From Candidatus Wolframiiraptor sinensis (GTDB lineage Archaea > Thermoproteota > Nitrososphaeria_A > Caldarchaeales > Wolframiiraptoraceae): 64,000 bases of DNA. Below are positions 28,162-37,334 of this stretch, piece after piece. Made by a program: the position numbers and the translations under genes. Numbering within the stretch: the stretch's first letter is position 1; every line of letters begins with the position of its first letter. Under the pieces are notes generated by a model that saw only the letters and a list, made by a program, of their open reading frames with translations, was not told the origin of the DNA and did not search any database. The DNA lies in assembly GCA_023261815.1 (NCBI GenBank), contig JALNKA010000001.1, positions 30,258 through 94,257 on the forward strand, read 5' to 3'.

Positions 28162-29373
28162 CTACCTCCTTCTCATAGGTCTTCTGGGCTTTTTGGGCCT
28201 CTCGGGCTTCTCTCTCGGCATTGGCTTCTTCGCCGGCGGCGCCTTATACTTCTCCCTTATCTCCTGAAGTCTCTTCTCGAGCTTTTCACGGAGCTCCGCG
28301 CCCCTATCCTCCCTCGTGAAGTAATCGATCTTCGCGGCGATCGCTATGGCGGCCGCGAGGGCTCTCGCGATCTTCCCCCTAAGATGCTTTGGGGAGCCGT
28401 GGATCAGGGGGCTCTGGAAGATTATGCCGTGCTTCGGCGCACCCCTTCCGGTCCTGAAGAACCTGAAAAGGGCCTTCTCCGCGCCGAGAACCTGGATAGT
28501 GCTGGCCGGAAGCCTCGCGAGCTTCTCGAGACCGCCGGCCATCGAGATGAGCTTCGCGCCGAGTATTGGGCCAGCGACCGCGGAGAGGTTTGGGGCCTCA
28601 GCCGACATGAGCTCCTCGATATACCTCTCCTGCTCCTTTCTGAGCTGTATCAGCCTAAGCCCCTCCCTCGCCACATCCTTCACCATCTCCTCATCCTCCG
28701 GGCTCAGATCCGCTCCAACAGAGCTTCTAGTCCTCTCAATTATCTCATCGGCGAGCTTCGAGCCGACGATTCTTCCAAGCTTTCCCTCATCGAAGTTTCT
28801 CCTCGCGCCCATCTCAGCGACTATCTTCATGTAGTCCTCTAAGTCGTCCACGACTTCTGCGAGCTCGGGGAAGTGGAGGCCATACCACTCCCTGCACCTA
28901 GTATAGATCATGTTTATCTGCTTATCCAGGTCCTCCAGCACGTGGATCGCGTGAACGATCATCATGTCTCTTCTCGCGACGGCCTCTTTCAGCTCCTCCT
29001 CCACCAGCCTGTCTAGAACCCTCTTCACCTCCACCCTATACTCTTCGATGCTATCGACGACTCCGCTCCTGACGAGCACTTTCTCGAGGTCCACGGGTCT
29101 ATCGAGCTCGCCGAGCTCGAGGCCTGCGAACTCCCTGGCGAGCGCTATCAGAAGGCTTGATGGGGAGACTAGAATCCTCTTATAACCGTTTGATGCGAGC
29201 TCGGAGACTACCTCCCTAACCTCGCTTATCACCTCTCCCCTCTTCACACTCATGAAGGCTTTGACCCTCGCCTCGAGATCATCGGGATAAGGCCTCGCAA
29301 CCAGCACCTCATCATCTGATAAGCCGACCGCGGCAAGAGGGCCCGCAATTAAGATAGCTGATTTCGCGCTCAT
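28162..29373 (-). CDS. nop5: C/D box sRNP core protein Nop5 (Nop56/58)
   Basis: GLHFPELAEVV, Nop domain AEKALFRFFRTGRGAPKHGIIFQSPLI...RGKIARALAAAIAIAAKID, basic K/R/P-rich tail. Track ORF extends to 29484, but Met at 29373 (MSAKSAILIAGPLAAVGL) fits the family N-terminus. Confidence 0.85.
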   Translation of the reverse strand: MSAKSAILIAGPLAAVGLSDDEVLVARPYPDDLEARVKAFMSVKRGEVISEVREVVSELASNGYKRILVSPSSLLIALAREFAGLELGELDRPVDLEKVLVRSGVVDSIEEYRVEVKRVLDRLVEEELKEAVARRDMMIVHAIHVLEDLDKQINMIYTRCREWYGLHFPELAEVVDDLEDYMKIVAEMGARRNFDEGKLGRIVGSKLADEIIERTRSSVGADLSPEDEEMVKDVAREGLRLIQLRKEQERYIEELMSAEAPNLSAVAGPILGAKLISMAGGLEKLARLPASTIQVLGAEKALFRFFRTGRGAPKHGIIFQSPLIHGSPKHLRGKIARALAAAIAIAAKIDYFTREDRGAELREKLEKRLQEIREKYKAPPAKKPMPREKPERPKKPRRPMRRR

Positions 29374-29558
29374 TGACGTTATTTGAGTGCATTCTGACCT
29401 AATTAGAGTTTCGCTGGGCTCTGAGCCGATGCCGAAGAATGCGAAACCGGCCATCGCATAACTCTCCCGATGATCTCCATTCATCGCTGTGACACATCTT
29501 AGTCCTCTCTAAGAGTCATGAGTAATCTTAATCAAGGTGATCGAAAATACTGCGTGCC

Positions 29559-30062
29559 ATGGCGTCATGCGCTCAGAAACTTCTAGAGATAATCTACAAT
29601 CGGAGGAGCATAAGGAAATATCATAGGAAGCCAATACCTGATGATGTTCTCAAGGCGATTCTCGAGGCTGGAAGGCAAGCGCCAAGCGCTCGAAACCTTC
29701 AGCCATACTGTTTCATAATCGTCCGAGATCAGGAGCTGAAGAAAAGGCTCATCTTCTCGGAGTGGAATAGATTCATCGAAGAAGCTCCAGTCGTGATTGT
29801 AGGGTGCGGCGACTCACGGGCGAAGTGGGCGGTCGTGGACGTCGCAATAGCCCTTCAGAACATGGTGATAGCCGCCGAGGCTCTCGGCCTTGGAACATGC
29901 TGGATAGGCCACTTCATCGAGGAAGAGGTGAAGAAGCTCCTTAGAATACCGGAGCACATAAAGGTCGTGGCCATGATAACCCTCGGATACCCAGCTGAGA
30001 AGCCGGGCCCGCGGCCAAAGAAGAGCCTCGAGGAGCTGATACGATACGAGACATACGAGTAA
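29559..30062 (+). CDS. Nitroreductase-family flavoprotein
   Basis: RRSIRKY, QAPSARNLQP, LGLGTCWIG. Confidence 0.8.
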   Translation: MASCAQKLLEIIYNRRSIRKYHRKPIPDDVLKAILEAGRQAPSARNLQPYCFIIVRDQELKKRLIFSEWNRFIEEAPVVIVGCGDSRAKWAVVDVAIALQNMVIAAEALGLGTCWIGHFIEEEVKKLLRIPEHIKVVAMITLGYPAEKPGPRPKKSLEELIRYETYE

Positions 30063-30840
30063 CCAGCATGCTTGGAGTAAATAACATTAAGCAGAAAGCA
30101 AGGAAAATCATCTCCTAAAGGGATGAGGAGGAAGTGTCGAAGAGGCTGCTAGAAATTTTGAAGACTTATAATGAGGACGGCCCCTCAAGGATTGGTAGCC
30201 GCCCTACGATGAGGCCGCTAGGAGGGTGGAGGAGCAGGATAAAAGCCCTGATGAAACCTGTGATCCTGCATTTGATGCTCCCGTAGAGGAGTGGTTTAAA
30301 CCTTGATGCAGGCGAAGGGCTGTCCAAATGCCCCTCCCCCCGACACCACTCTCTTTTCCCCTTTTAGACGGTGTTAAGGTTTAAGCTGGACTGGCGAGCC
30401 GCTTAATCTCTCGGGGCTTTTCCGGAGCTCGGCTCCACGGGCTTGCTCTCAGCGGAAAAGCATTCCTCATAGTCAAGTCGAGAAAAGACCTAGTGATAGA
30501 GTATCCATGCGAGGTTAGGATGGAGGATGGTACCATAATAGTGATTGACAGGGAGAGGGCTGAAAGAGTGGCTGAGGAGAAATGATGCTAAGCGATCTAA
30601 TATTATTGCTGGTTGGGAAGATCGAGGCTGATCTAGTGGATTGACGTTCTGTTGAAAAATGTTTAAATGTTATAGTGTTAGGAGGGCTTTCACGCCTATT
30701 ATTCTGCCCTCGGAGTCCCTGACCGCCGATGATGGGCTTGTGTCAGGCGCCAGTATGTCCGGGCGGGATACTCCGGTAAATACATTCGACGAAGACCAAT
30801 AACAATAAAGCCGAAGCCGCACGGCAAAACATGTTAAAAA

Positions 30841-30850
30841 TATATTTAAA
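30841..30850. promoter_or_regulatory. Near-palindromic TATA element TATATTTAAA upstream of eS30
   Basis: Ends 30 nt before ATG 30880, implying a leaderless or very short-leader mRNA. The same TTTAAATA-type box recurs 24-35 nt upstream of several first genes in this window. Confidence 0.45.
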
Positions 30851-30879
30851 TGCAGGGCTCTCAAAGGTTCTCAGCGGAC

Positions 30880-31032
30880 ATGCCGAGCCACGGCTCGATC
30901 ACGAAGGCGGGTAAGGTCAGGTCCCAGACGCCGAAGATAGAGGCTAAGCCGAAGAGGAGCTTGGTGCCGAGAATCAGGAATCGCTTCAACTTCGAGAAGA
31001 GGCTCGTGGCCGTCAGCCAGCAGACGGTCTAA
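30880..31032 (+). CDS. rps30e: Ribosomal protein eS30
   Basis: [25 protein letters not shown]... matches the GSL.RAGKVR.QTPKV core of eS30. The upstream Met at 30850 overlaps the TATA box and is unlikely to be the start. Confidence 0.85.
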   Translation: MPSHGSITKAGKVRSQTPKIEAKPKRSLVPRIRNRFNFEKRLVAVSQQTV

Positions 31033-31045
31033 GCTCTCACGGGAT

Positions 31046-31055
31046 ACTTAAATAG
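31046..31055 (+). promoter_or_regulatory. TATA-like box ACTTAAATAG upstream of the L24 operon
   Basis: 68 nt upstream of the L24 ATG. Same consensus as the other boxes in the window. Confidence 0.35.
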
Positions 31056-31121
31056 ACGGAGCGGCACGAGGCATCAAGACCTTGATGAGCCGCGGGCAAG
31101 CGCTGTATCGGGTGATCTCTC

Positions 31122-31496
31122 ATGGCTAGAAGATCTTATCAGCCGAGGAAGCAGAGGAAGCTACTCTTCAACGCGCCGATGCATAGGCTTCCAAAGCTCA
31201 TGTCAGCCCACCTCTCCCCAGAGCTCAGGGAGAAGTATAATCGCAGATCCTTCCCGATAAGAGTTGGGGATAAGGTGAGGATATTGAGGGGCGAGTTCAA
31301 GGGAATTGAGGGCAAGGTAACGAGCGTTGATAGGGAGAGGCAAGTGATTTACGTGGAGAACGTGACGATCAAGAAGGCTGATGGAACATCCGTCTCGAGG
31401 CCGATACACATATCGAATGTCATGATAACTGAGCTTAACCTCGATGATGAGTATCGCAAGAAGGCGCTGGCTAGGGGAAAGGAGGTTGAGGCCTAA
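31122..31496 (+). CDS. rpl24: Ribosomal protein uL24
   Basis: KQRK..FNAP.H...MSAHLS.ELREKY..RS.PIR.GD.V.I.RG..KG.EGKV, typical of archaeal L24. Confidence 0.95.
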   Translation: MARRSYQPRKQRKLLFNAPMHRLPKLMSAHLSPELREKYNRRSFPIRVGDKVRILRGEFKGIEGKVTSVDRERQVIYVENVTIKKADGTSVSRPIHISNVMITELNLDDEYRKKALARGKEVEA

Positions 31497-32215
31497 TGGG
31501 GCATCTCAAGAGGCTCGCAGCCCCACCGCATCTCAAGATCTCGGTTAAGGAGGCAGTCTTCACAGTCTGCCCATCCCCGGGCCCGCATCCGAAATACGAG
31601 TGTATACCGCTACTCTTGATAGTCAGAGATTACCTGAAGTATGCAGAAAGATATGAGGAGGCTAGGAAGATAATACGCGCCGGCAAGATTCTCGTGGACG
31701 GGAAACCGGTTAAGGATCACAAGTTCCCGGTGGGCTTGATGGACGTGCTCTCGATACCTGAAACCGGCGAGAACTATAGAGTGCTGCCGATCTATAGGCG
31801 GGGCCTGGATCTCGTCGAGATAACGCGGGAGGAGTCGGGCTTCAAGCTCGGGAAGATAATTAGGAAGATGCACGTCCCCAGAGGCCACCTGCAGATAACG
31901 CTTCATGACGGCAGGAACATAAGATTCAAGGATGTGACCAACGAGATAAGGCAATACAGCACAAGGGATACCCTGAAGATAACGGTTCCGAGCCAGGTCA
32001 TCGCGGGATACCTGAGGCTTGAGGAAGGCAAATACGGCCTGCTAGTCAAGGGGCCGAAGCAGGGCCTACATGGCGAGATAATCGAGATTAGGCGGGATGT
32101 AACTTACCCGGCCAAGCCGATCGTAAAGCTAAAATCGGGCATGGGCGAGGTGAGCTCGCTGCTCGACTACGTTATGGTTGTCGGGGAGGAGGAGCCATGG
32201 ATCAAGCTGCCGTGA
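31496..32215 (+). CDS. rps4e: Ribosomal protein eS4
   Basis: [11 protein letters not shown]-terminus, S4/KOW architecture, 239 aa. Start overlaps the L24 stop. Confidence 0.95.
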   Translation: MGHLKRLAAPPHLKISVKEAVFTVCPSPGPHPKYECIPLLLIVRDYLKYAERYEEARKIIRAGKILVDGKPVKDHKFPVGLMDVLSIPETGENYRVLPIYRRGLDLVEITREESGFKLGKIIRKMHVPRGHLQITLHDGRNIRFKDVTNEIRQYSTRDTLKITVPSQVIAGYLRLEEGKYGLLVKGPKQGLHGEIIEIRRDVTYPAKPIVKLKSGMGEVSSLLDYVMVVGEEEPWIKLP

Positions 32216-32748
32216 TCGAGGCGCGCCCGAAGAAGGAGAACCCCATGAGGAGGATCAGGATCGAAAAGGTCGTCGTGAACTCTTGCATAGGCTCGAGCGC
32301 GCCGAGGCTCGAGAAGGCCGCGAAGATAATCGAGATGCTGACGGGTCAGAGGCCGGAGCTCCGGAAGGCGAGGAAGACGATCAAGGGCTTCGGGATTTAC
32401 AAGGGGCAGCCGATAGCCGTTAGAGTAACCTTGAGGAAGCAGAGGGCGGTCGAGTTTCTCAGGAAGGCGCTTCAAGCCGTGAACAACACTCTGAAAGCCT
32501 CCAGCTTTGATGAGCAAGGCGGCTTCTCATTCGGAATTAAGGAGCACTTGGACATCCCGGGCACGAAATACGACCCAGAGCTCGGGATAATCGGCATGGA
32601 TGTCTGCGTCCACCTCTCCAGGCCCGGGCTGCGAATCTCCCTCAGGAGAAGGGCTAGAAGAAGGATACCTAGAGGCCATAGGGTTACAAAGGAAGAGGCC
32701 ATGGAGTTCATGAGAAGCGAATTCGGCGTGAGAATAATCGAGGAGTAA
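32197..32748 (+). CDS. rpl5: Ribosomal protein uL5
   Basis: NPMRRIRIEKVVVNSCIG...GFGIYKGQPIAVRVTLR...FSFGIKEH. Confidence 0.95.
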   Translation: MDQAAVIEARPKKENPMRRIRIEKVVVNSCIGSSAPRLEKAAKIIEMLTGQRPELRKARKTIKGFGIYKGQPIAVRVTLRKQRAVEFLRKALQAVNNTLKASSFDEQGGFSFGIKEHLDIPGTKYDPELGIIGMDVCVHLSRPGLRISLRRRARRRIPRGHRVTKEEAMEFMRSEFGVRIIEE

Positions 32749-32806
32749 TAGCGCTCTTAAACAATCTTAAAATTATCCCGCGGAGAAGTGCGCTCCGAGG
32801 AATGGG

Positions 32807-32971
32807 ATGGCGAAGCAGAAGCCGCCGAAGGAGAGGAAGTTCGGGAAGGGCGTGGTCAAGTGCAGGAGATGTGGGACCACGGATGGCGTCATCAGGAAGT
32901 ACAAGCTATACATTTGCAGAAGATGCATTAACGAGGTCGCCCCCCTCTTAGGGTTCAAGGTGTACGAGTAG
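32807..32971 (+). CDS. rps14: Ribosomal protein uS14 (zinc-ribbon type)
   Basis: 54 aa, below the ORF-track cutoff. Manual translation: MAKQKPPKERKFGKGVVKCRRCGTTDGVIRKYKLYICRRCINEVAPLLGFKVYE, with CxxC...CxxC. Confidence 0.9.
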   Translation: MAKQKPPKERKFGKGVVKCRRCGTTDGVIRKYKLYICRRCINEVAPLLGFKVYE

Positions 32972-33025
32972 CCGCCGGCGAAAACACTTATTAACGGATT
33001 ATCCCAACCCGCTTCGCCGGAGGAG

Positions 33026-33412
33026 ATGAGCAGGGATCTGGTCTCAGGCCTTTTCACGACGCTCCAGAACAACGAGATGGTCAGGAATAGGGAGTGTGTT
33101 TACTACGCCTCAAAGCTGATAGGCGAGATACTGAAGACGCTTCAGAGGCACGGCTACATCGGCGCGATAGAGTATATCGAGGATGGAAGAGGGGGGAAGT
33201 TTAGGATACAGCTTCTCGGCAGGATCAATAGGGCGGCTCCCATAAGGCCGAGATTCAGCGTGAAGAAGAATGAATACGAGAAGTGGGAGAGACTATATTT
33301 GCCCAGCAAGGATATCGGGATACTCATAGTCACCACGAGCCAGGGGGTAATGTCCCACAAAGAGGCGAAGGCGAAGAACCTCGGAGGAAAGCTACTGGGA
33401 TACGTTTGCTGA
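33026..33412 (+). CDS. rps8: Ribosomal protein uS8
   Basis: LQNNEMVRNRECVY.ASKLIGEILKTLQRHGYIG...ILIVTTSQGVMSHKEAKAKNLGGKLLGYV. Confidence 0.95.
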   Translation: MSRDLVSGLFTTLQNNEMVRNRECVYYASKLIGEILKTLQRHGYIGAIEYIEDGRGGKFRIQLLGRINRAAPIRPRFSVKKNEYEKWERLYLPSKDIGILIVTTSQGVMSHKEAKAKNLGGKLLGYVC

Positions 33413-33506
33413 AGAAGTGGCCTTTCATGGCACTCAAGTTGCTCGAGGCCAACATCTCCTCCAGAGCCTACACCTATCATCTTGCTAACTCTGATGCTCT
33501 GAGCTG

Positions 33507-33520
33507 CTAGAGTTTTCTAG
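33507..33520 (+). terminator. Hairpin CTAGAGTTTTCTAG with an internal T4, about 95 nt after the S8 stop (possible intra-cluster terminator)
   Basis: 5-bp perfect stem with a T-rich loop, in the 278-nt non-coding gap between S8 and L6. Followed by a TATA box at 33602-33609. Confidence 0.25.
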
Positions 33521-33601
33521 GTAGGAAGGATGATGTAGAGGCCCTAAGTGTATTAGGAGGGGATGGGCGACCATTTTCCGCGCTTTTCGAGTGCAAAATA
33601 C

Positions 33602-33609
33602 TTTAAATA
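33602..33609 (+). promoter_or_regulatory. TATA box TTTAAATA internal to the ribosomal protein cluster (upstream of L6)
   Basis: Perfect match to the window-wide box, 82 nt upstream of ATG 33691. Confidence 0.4.
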
Positions 33610-33690
33610 GCGATATGGCGGCGGGTGAGTCGGATCTACGGAAGATCGGGGTTAAAGGACATGATACTCGTGGCGGGTGAGTGGGGGGCC

Positions 33691-34242
33691 ATGCCCCTGC
33701 AGGAGTATGTCGAGGAGATAGAGGTTCCGGAGGGCGTCGAGGTCAGGATAGAGGGTTCCAGCAGGATCAGCGTAAAGGGGAGGCTTGGCCAGGTCACGAA
33801 GGACCTATCTCATGCTAATGTGAGGCTCGAGGTCACATCGAACAAGATTCTCGTGAAGCTGGTGGGAAGAGGTAGGAAGGCTGATGCCCTCCTAGGAACC
33901 ATAAAATCCATAATCAAGAACATGATCATCGGCGTTACTCAGGGCTTCACGTATAAGATGAAGATCATCGCATCGCACTTCCCGATAACGGTCAGGGTTC
34001 AGGGCGATACTGTTTACATCGAGAACTTCATCGGCGAGAGATCTCCAAGGATAGCGAAGATAGTCGGCGAGGGCACGAGGGTGGAGGTAAGGGGCGAAGA
34101 TGTGATAGTAAAGGGGGTGGACAAGGAGGCGGTCGGCCAAACAGCGGCGAATATAGAGCAGGCGACGAAGGTTAAGAGAAAGGATCCCCGAAAATTCCTC
34201 GACGGAATATATGTTTACGAGAAGAAAGTGGGGATGGAGTAG
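33691..34242 (+). CDS. rpl6: Ribosomal protein uL6
   Basis: MPLQEYVEEIEVPEGVEVRIEG... fits the archaeal L6 N-terminus. Track ORF starts at GTG 33625, but the extension has no family match. GGTGA lies upstream of ATG 33691. Confidence 0.9.
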   Translation: MPLQEYVEEIEVPEGVEVRIEGSSRISVKGRLGQVTKDLSHANVRLEVTSNKILVKLVGRGRKADALLGTIKSIIKNMIIGVTQGFTYKMKIIASHFPITVRVQGDTVYIENFIGERSPRIAKIVGEGTRVEVRGEDVIVKGVDKEAVGQTAANIEQATKVKRKDPRKFLDGIYVYEKKVGME

Positions 34243-34683
34243 ATGAGCCCGATAAAAATCCCGAGATGGGTTAGGAGGCTGAAGCTCAAGAGGCCGGAGT
34301 TCGTCAGGCAGGAAAGCTGGAGGTATGTGAGGCTTAAGCCGAACTGGAGAAGGCCGAGGGGAAAGGATAGCAAGATGAGGCTCCAGCTCAAGGGATGGCC
34401 GCCGCTCGTCAAGGTAGGGTATAGGACTCCGAGGCAATATAGGAATCTTCATCCCAGCGGCTATAAGGAGGTCCTTGTTTACAGGCCTGAGGATCTCCAA
34501 GGCCTTGACCCCGAGATTCACGTCATCAGGATAGCCGGCTCCGTCGGAACTAGGAAGAGACTGTTGATAGCGGAGGAGGCGAAGAGGCTTGGGCTGAAAG
34601 TCCTCAATCCGCCGAGGACCGTGGAGAAAGTGGAGGAGGTTGAGATTGTGAGGCCGGAGGAGGTGGGAGAGGTTGGGTCTTAA
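34243..34683 (+). CDS. rpl32e: Ribosomal protein eL32
   Basis: PEFVRQESWRYVRLKPNWRRPRGKDSKMR...GYRTPR. Confidence 0.95.
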   Translation: MSPIKIPRWVRRLKLKRPEFVRQESWRYVRLKPNWRRPRGKDSKMRLQLKGWPPLVKVGYRTPRQYRNLHPSGYKEVLVYRPEDLQGLDPEIHVIRIAGSVGTRKRLLIAEEAKRLGLKVLNPPRTVEKVEEVEIVRPEEVGEVGS

Positions 34684-35128
34684 GCTCACGCTCCAGAGAA
34701 GGTTGGCCGCGGATCTTTTAAAGTGCGGGATTCACAGGGTCAAGCTTGATCCCGAGAAGCTCGAGGAAGTATCCGAGGCGATAACGCGAGAGGATATTAG
34801 GCGCCTAATAAAAGACGGCATAATCTGGAAGGAGCAGAAAAAGGGCGTGAGCCGGGCGCGGGTAAGAGCTAGAAGGCGAAAGAAGAGGAGCAGGGGCCCT
34901 GGCAGCAAGGAGGGGGGAAAGCATAGCAGGGTCTCGAGGAAGGAGCAGTGGATGATGAGGGTTAGAGCTCAGAGGAAGAGGCTTAAGGAGCTGAGGGATC
35001 GAGATCTAATAACTAGGGCAACTTACAGGAGGGTTTACATGATGGTTAAGGCGGGCGCATTCAAGTCCGTTGCAGCGATGATGGAATACCTTGCTCAGAA
35101 TAACCTGATCAGGAGGCCGCTGCTATGA
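34673..35128 (+). CDS. rpl19e: Ribosomal protein eL19
   Basis: LTLQRRLAADLLKCGIHRVKLDPEKLEEV...GPGSKEGGKHSR. Confidence 0.95.
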   Translation: MGLKLTLQRRLAADLLKCGIHRVKLDPEKLEEVSEAITREDIRRLIKDGIIWKEQKKGVSRARVRARRRKKRSRGPGSKEGGKHSRVSRKEQWMMRVRAQRKRLKELRDRDLITRATYRRVYMMVKAGAFKSVAAMMEYLAQNNLIRRPLL

Positions 35129-35700
35129 GCCTGCTCAAACGAATGCCGCCGAAGCGGAGAAGGCTTGGCCTCACCGATTACCGGAAGAGGCTCAAGCTCG
35201 TTAAATCCGGATTGCCAAGGCTAGTCGTCAGGAAGACGAATAGCCAGATAATCGTGCAGGTAATCATGCCGAGGCTGGGCGGAGATGAGACACTCATAAC
35301 AGTCACCTCGAAGAAGCTGAGAGATTATGGGTGGAGGGCGAGCCTGAAGAATACGCCGGCGGCGTATTTGACGGGCTTACTGGCGGGGCTCCTAGCCAGG
35401 GGCAAGATCGAGAAGGCGGTTCTGGATATAGGGCTCCAGACGCCCAGTAGGGGGTCAAAGGTCTTCGCGGCGGCGCTCGGCTTCAGGGACGCCGGGATCG
35501 AGATACCGCTCGGAGAGGAGATACTGCCCGACGAGGATAGAATTTCCGGAAAACACATATCCGAGTATTATAGGATGATCCGCGAGTCGAGCTTGCAGAC
35601 AACCCAGTTCTCGAAAAGCGATGAATCAATCTACATGAGCTTAGAGAAGCATTTCGAGGAGGTTAAGAATAGGATTCTGGAGGAGTTGAGTAGATCATGA
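35125..35700 (+). CDS. rpl18: Ribosomal protein uL18
   Basis: [36 protein letters not shown]...[13 protein letters not shown]. Confidence 0.95.
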   Translation: MSLLKRMPPKRRRLGLTDYRKRLKLVKSGLPRLVVRKTNSQIIVQVIMPRLGGDETLITVTSKKLRDYGWRASLKNTPAAYLTGLLAGLLARGKIEKAVLDIGLQTPSRGSKVFAAALGFRDAGIEIPLGEEILPDEDRISGKHISEYYRMIRESSLQTTQFSKSDESIYMSLEKHFEEVKNRILEELSRS

Positions 35701-36308
35701 GCGCTGAGGAATGGGCTCCGAGAACAAAGGTTGGCAGAATGGTGAAGGAGGGCAAGATAACCTCGATAGCCGAGCTCTTCTCCCAGCACCTCAAGATCAC
35801 GGAGCCCGAGATCGTGGACTACCTGCTGCCGAACCTGGAGCAGGAGGTCTTGGATATCAACCTCGTCCAAAAGCAGACCGCCGCGGGAGAGCGCTCAAGA
35901 TTCAGGGCGATAGTAATCGTGGGCAACAGGGATGGCTATGTCGGGCTAGGAACGGGCAAAGCCGTCCACGTCGTCTCGGCGATAGAGAAGGCCGTCAAAA
36001 ACGCGAAGATGAACATAATCCCCGTCAGGAGGGGTTGCGGTAGCTGGGAGTGCGCGTGCGGCCAACCTCACAGCCTCTTAACGAAGGTCGAGGGCAAGCG
36101 AGGCAGCGTGAGGATCGAGCTCATACCCGGGCCAAGAGGCCTGGGAATAGTCGCTGGCGAGGCCGCCAGAATAGTGCTCGAGCTAGCTGGCGTGGAAGAT
36201 GTCTGGACGAGGACATATGGCGAGACTAGGACAACCCTTTCGTTCGCCGGAGCCGCGGTTGAGGCTCTTAGGAACACGAACAAGATAGTCCTTCCGAGCA
36301 TGTGGTGA
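35697..36308 (+). CDS. rps5: Ribosomal protein uS5
   Basis: [18 protein letters not shown]...[21 protein letters not shown]...GLGIVAG. Confidence 0.95.
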   Translation: MSAEEWAPRTKVGRMVKEGKITSIAELFSQHLKITEPEIVDYLLPNLEQEVLDINLVQKQTAAGERSRFRAIVIVGNRDGYVGLGTGKAVHVVSAIEKAVKNAKMNIIPVRRGCGSWECACGQPHSLLTKVEGKRGSVRIELIPGPRGLGIVAGEAARIVLELAGVEDVWTRTYGETRTTLSFAGAAVEALRNTNKIVLPSMW

Positions 36309-36314
36309 TGAGCC

Positions 36315-36797
36315 TTGGCGGAGGAGGCCCAATGCTATCTCGTGATAAGGATTAAGGGAAGCGTTAAGGCGAGGAAGGATCACCTCGACACTTTGAGAAT
36401 GCTCAATCTAGGGAGGGCGAACTGGGCGACGATAATCCCCAAGACCCCGAGCTATGAGGGAATGCTGAAGAAGGTTGAGCACATGATAACCTGGGGCGAA
36501 CCGAACCTCAAAACTATCAAGACATTCCTCAAGAAGGTGGAAGTGATTGGAAATGGGAAATTGAATGATGAGTATGCGAGGAAGCTCGGCTTCGAGTCCC
36601 TCGATGATCTGGCGAAGAAGATTTACAGGGCCGAGATAACCTTGAGCTCCTTGAAAGAGAAGGGCGTGAAGCCCTATGCGAGGCTTCATCCGCCCAGTGG
36701 AGGATTCAGGGGCACGATTAAGAAGCATGTCTCCGCCGGCGGGGAATATGGTTACCGTGGCGAGAAAATAAATGAGCTATTCGTCAAGATGGCTTGA
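36315..36797 (+). CDS. rpl30: Ribosomal protein uL30
   Basis: YLVIRIKGSVKARKDHLDTLRMLNLGRANWATII...MITWGEP. Confidence 0.9.
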   Translation: MAEEAQCYLVIRIKGSVKARKDHLDTLRMLNLGRANWATIIPKTPSYEGMLKKVEHMITWGEPNLKTIKTFLKKVEVIGNGKLNDEYARKLGFESLDDLAKKIYRAEITLSSLKEKGVKPYARLHPPSGGFRGTIKKHVSAGGEYGYRGEKINELFVKMA

Positions 36798-36878
36798 GAA
36801 TAGTTGCGGAAAAAGTATATTAAGGCAGGGAAGCCGGCTGTATCCAGAAAACCCTCAACTAAGGGGCGCGTGAAGAGT

Positions 36879-37334
36879 ATGGGGACGCGGCATCGCAAAA
36901 GCAGAAAGCGCAGGGGCAGTAGAACATGTGGCTGGGGCCAGATAGGCCAGCATAGGAAATCGGGGTCAAGAGGAGGACATGGCCACGCCGGGATGCATAA
37001 GCACAAGTGGACGTGGGTTCTCAAATATGATCCGGACTACTTCGGGAAGCACGGCTTCTATAGGCCGAACAAGCGCGAGATCAAGGCCATGAACCTGACG
37101 CAGCTCTCAACGCTCGTTGAGAACTTGGAGCGGAGAGGAGAACTCAAGCTCATGAATGGGGTGCCGGTCATTGACTTGTCAGCGCTCGGGGTCGGCAAGC
37201 TCGTAGGCGGAGGAAGAGTGGATAGGAGGCTCATGGTGGTCGTGGATAGCTGGACCGAGAAAGCGGAGAAGGCGATAAGAGAGGCCGGTGGAAAGTTGGT
37301 CAAGCCCAAGGAGATCGAGGGTGTGGCCGCTTGA
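36879..37334 (+). CDS. rpl15: Ribosomal protein uL15
   Basis: MGTRHRKSRKRRGSRTCGWGQIGQHRKSGSRGGHG. Track ORF begins at TTG 36804, but the family N-terminus starts at this Met. Confidence 0.9.
   Translation: MGTRHRKSRKRRGSRTCGWGQIGQHRKSGSRGGHGHAGMHKHKWTWVLKYDPDYFGKHGFYRPNKREIKAMNLTQLSTLVENLERRGELKLMNGVPVIDLSALGVGKLVGGGRVDRRLMVVVDSWTEKAEKAIREAGGKLVKPKEIEGVAA

Noticed and set aside
30385-30585. Open frame of 66 codons ending ...EYPCEVRMEDGTIIVIDRERAERVAEEK.
   Set aside because: There is no canonical start codon before the last 30 codons, and no family was recognised. It is reported only as a possible gene remnant inside the ORF-poor island, not as a CDS.
30700-30745. C/D box sRNA-like motifs: CTGA-N5-GATGATGG at about 30717-30733, also GGATGATGT at about 33529-33537 and TGATGC..CTGA at 33492-33503.
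   Set aside because: No complete C / D' / C' / D set with about 12-nt guide spacing and terminal stem could be assembled around any of them. The boxes deviate from RUGAUGA/CUGA at key positions.
33892-34689. Long antisense ORFs: 33892..34689 (-) 265 aa, 41384..42313 (-) 309 aa, 44015..44908 (-) 297 aa, 54405..55100 (-) 231 aa, 43272..43859 (-), 1178..1771 (+), and many 60-170-aa ORFs.
   Set aside because: Each lies opposite a gene with unmistakable family motifs (L6/L32e, LeuC/D/B, LeuA, the permease, aroA'). Their translations are Arg/Pro/Ser/Leu-rich with no motifs. They are the expected by-product of GC-rich, stop-poor antisense frames.
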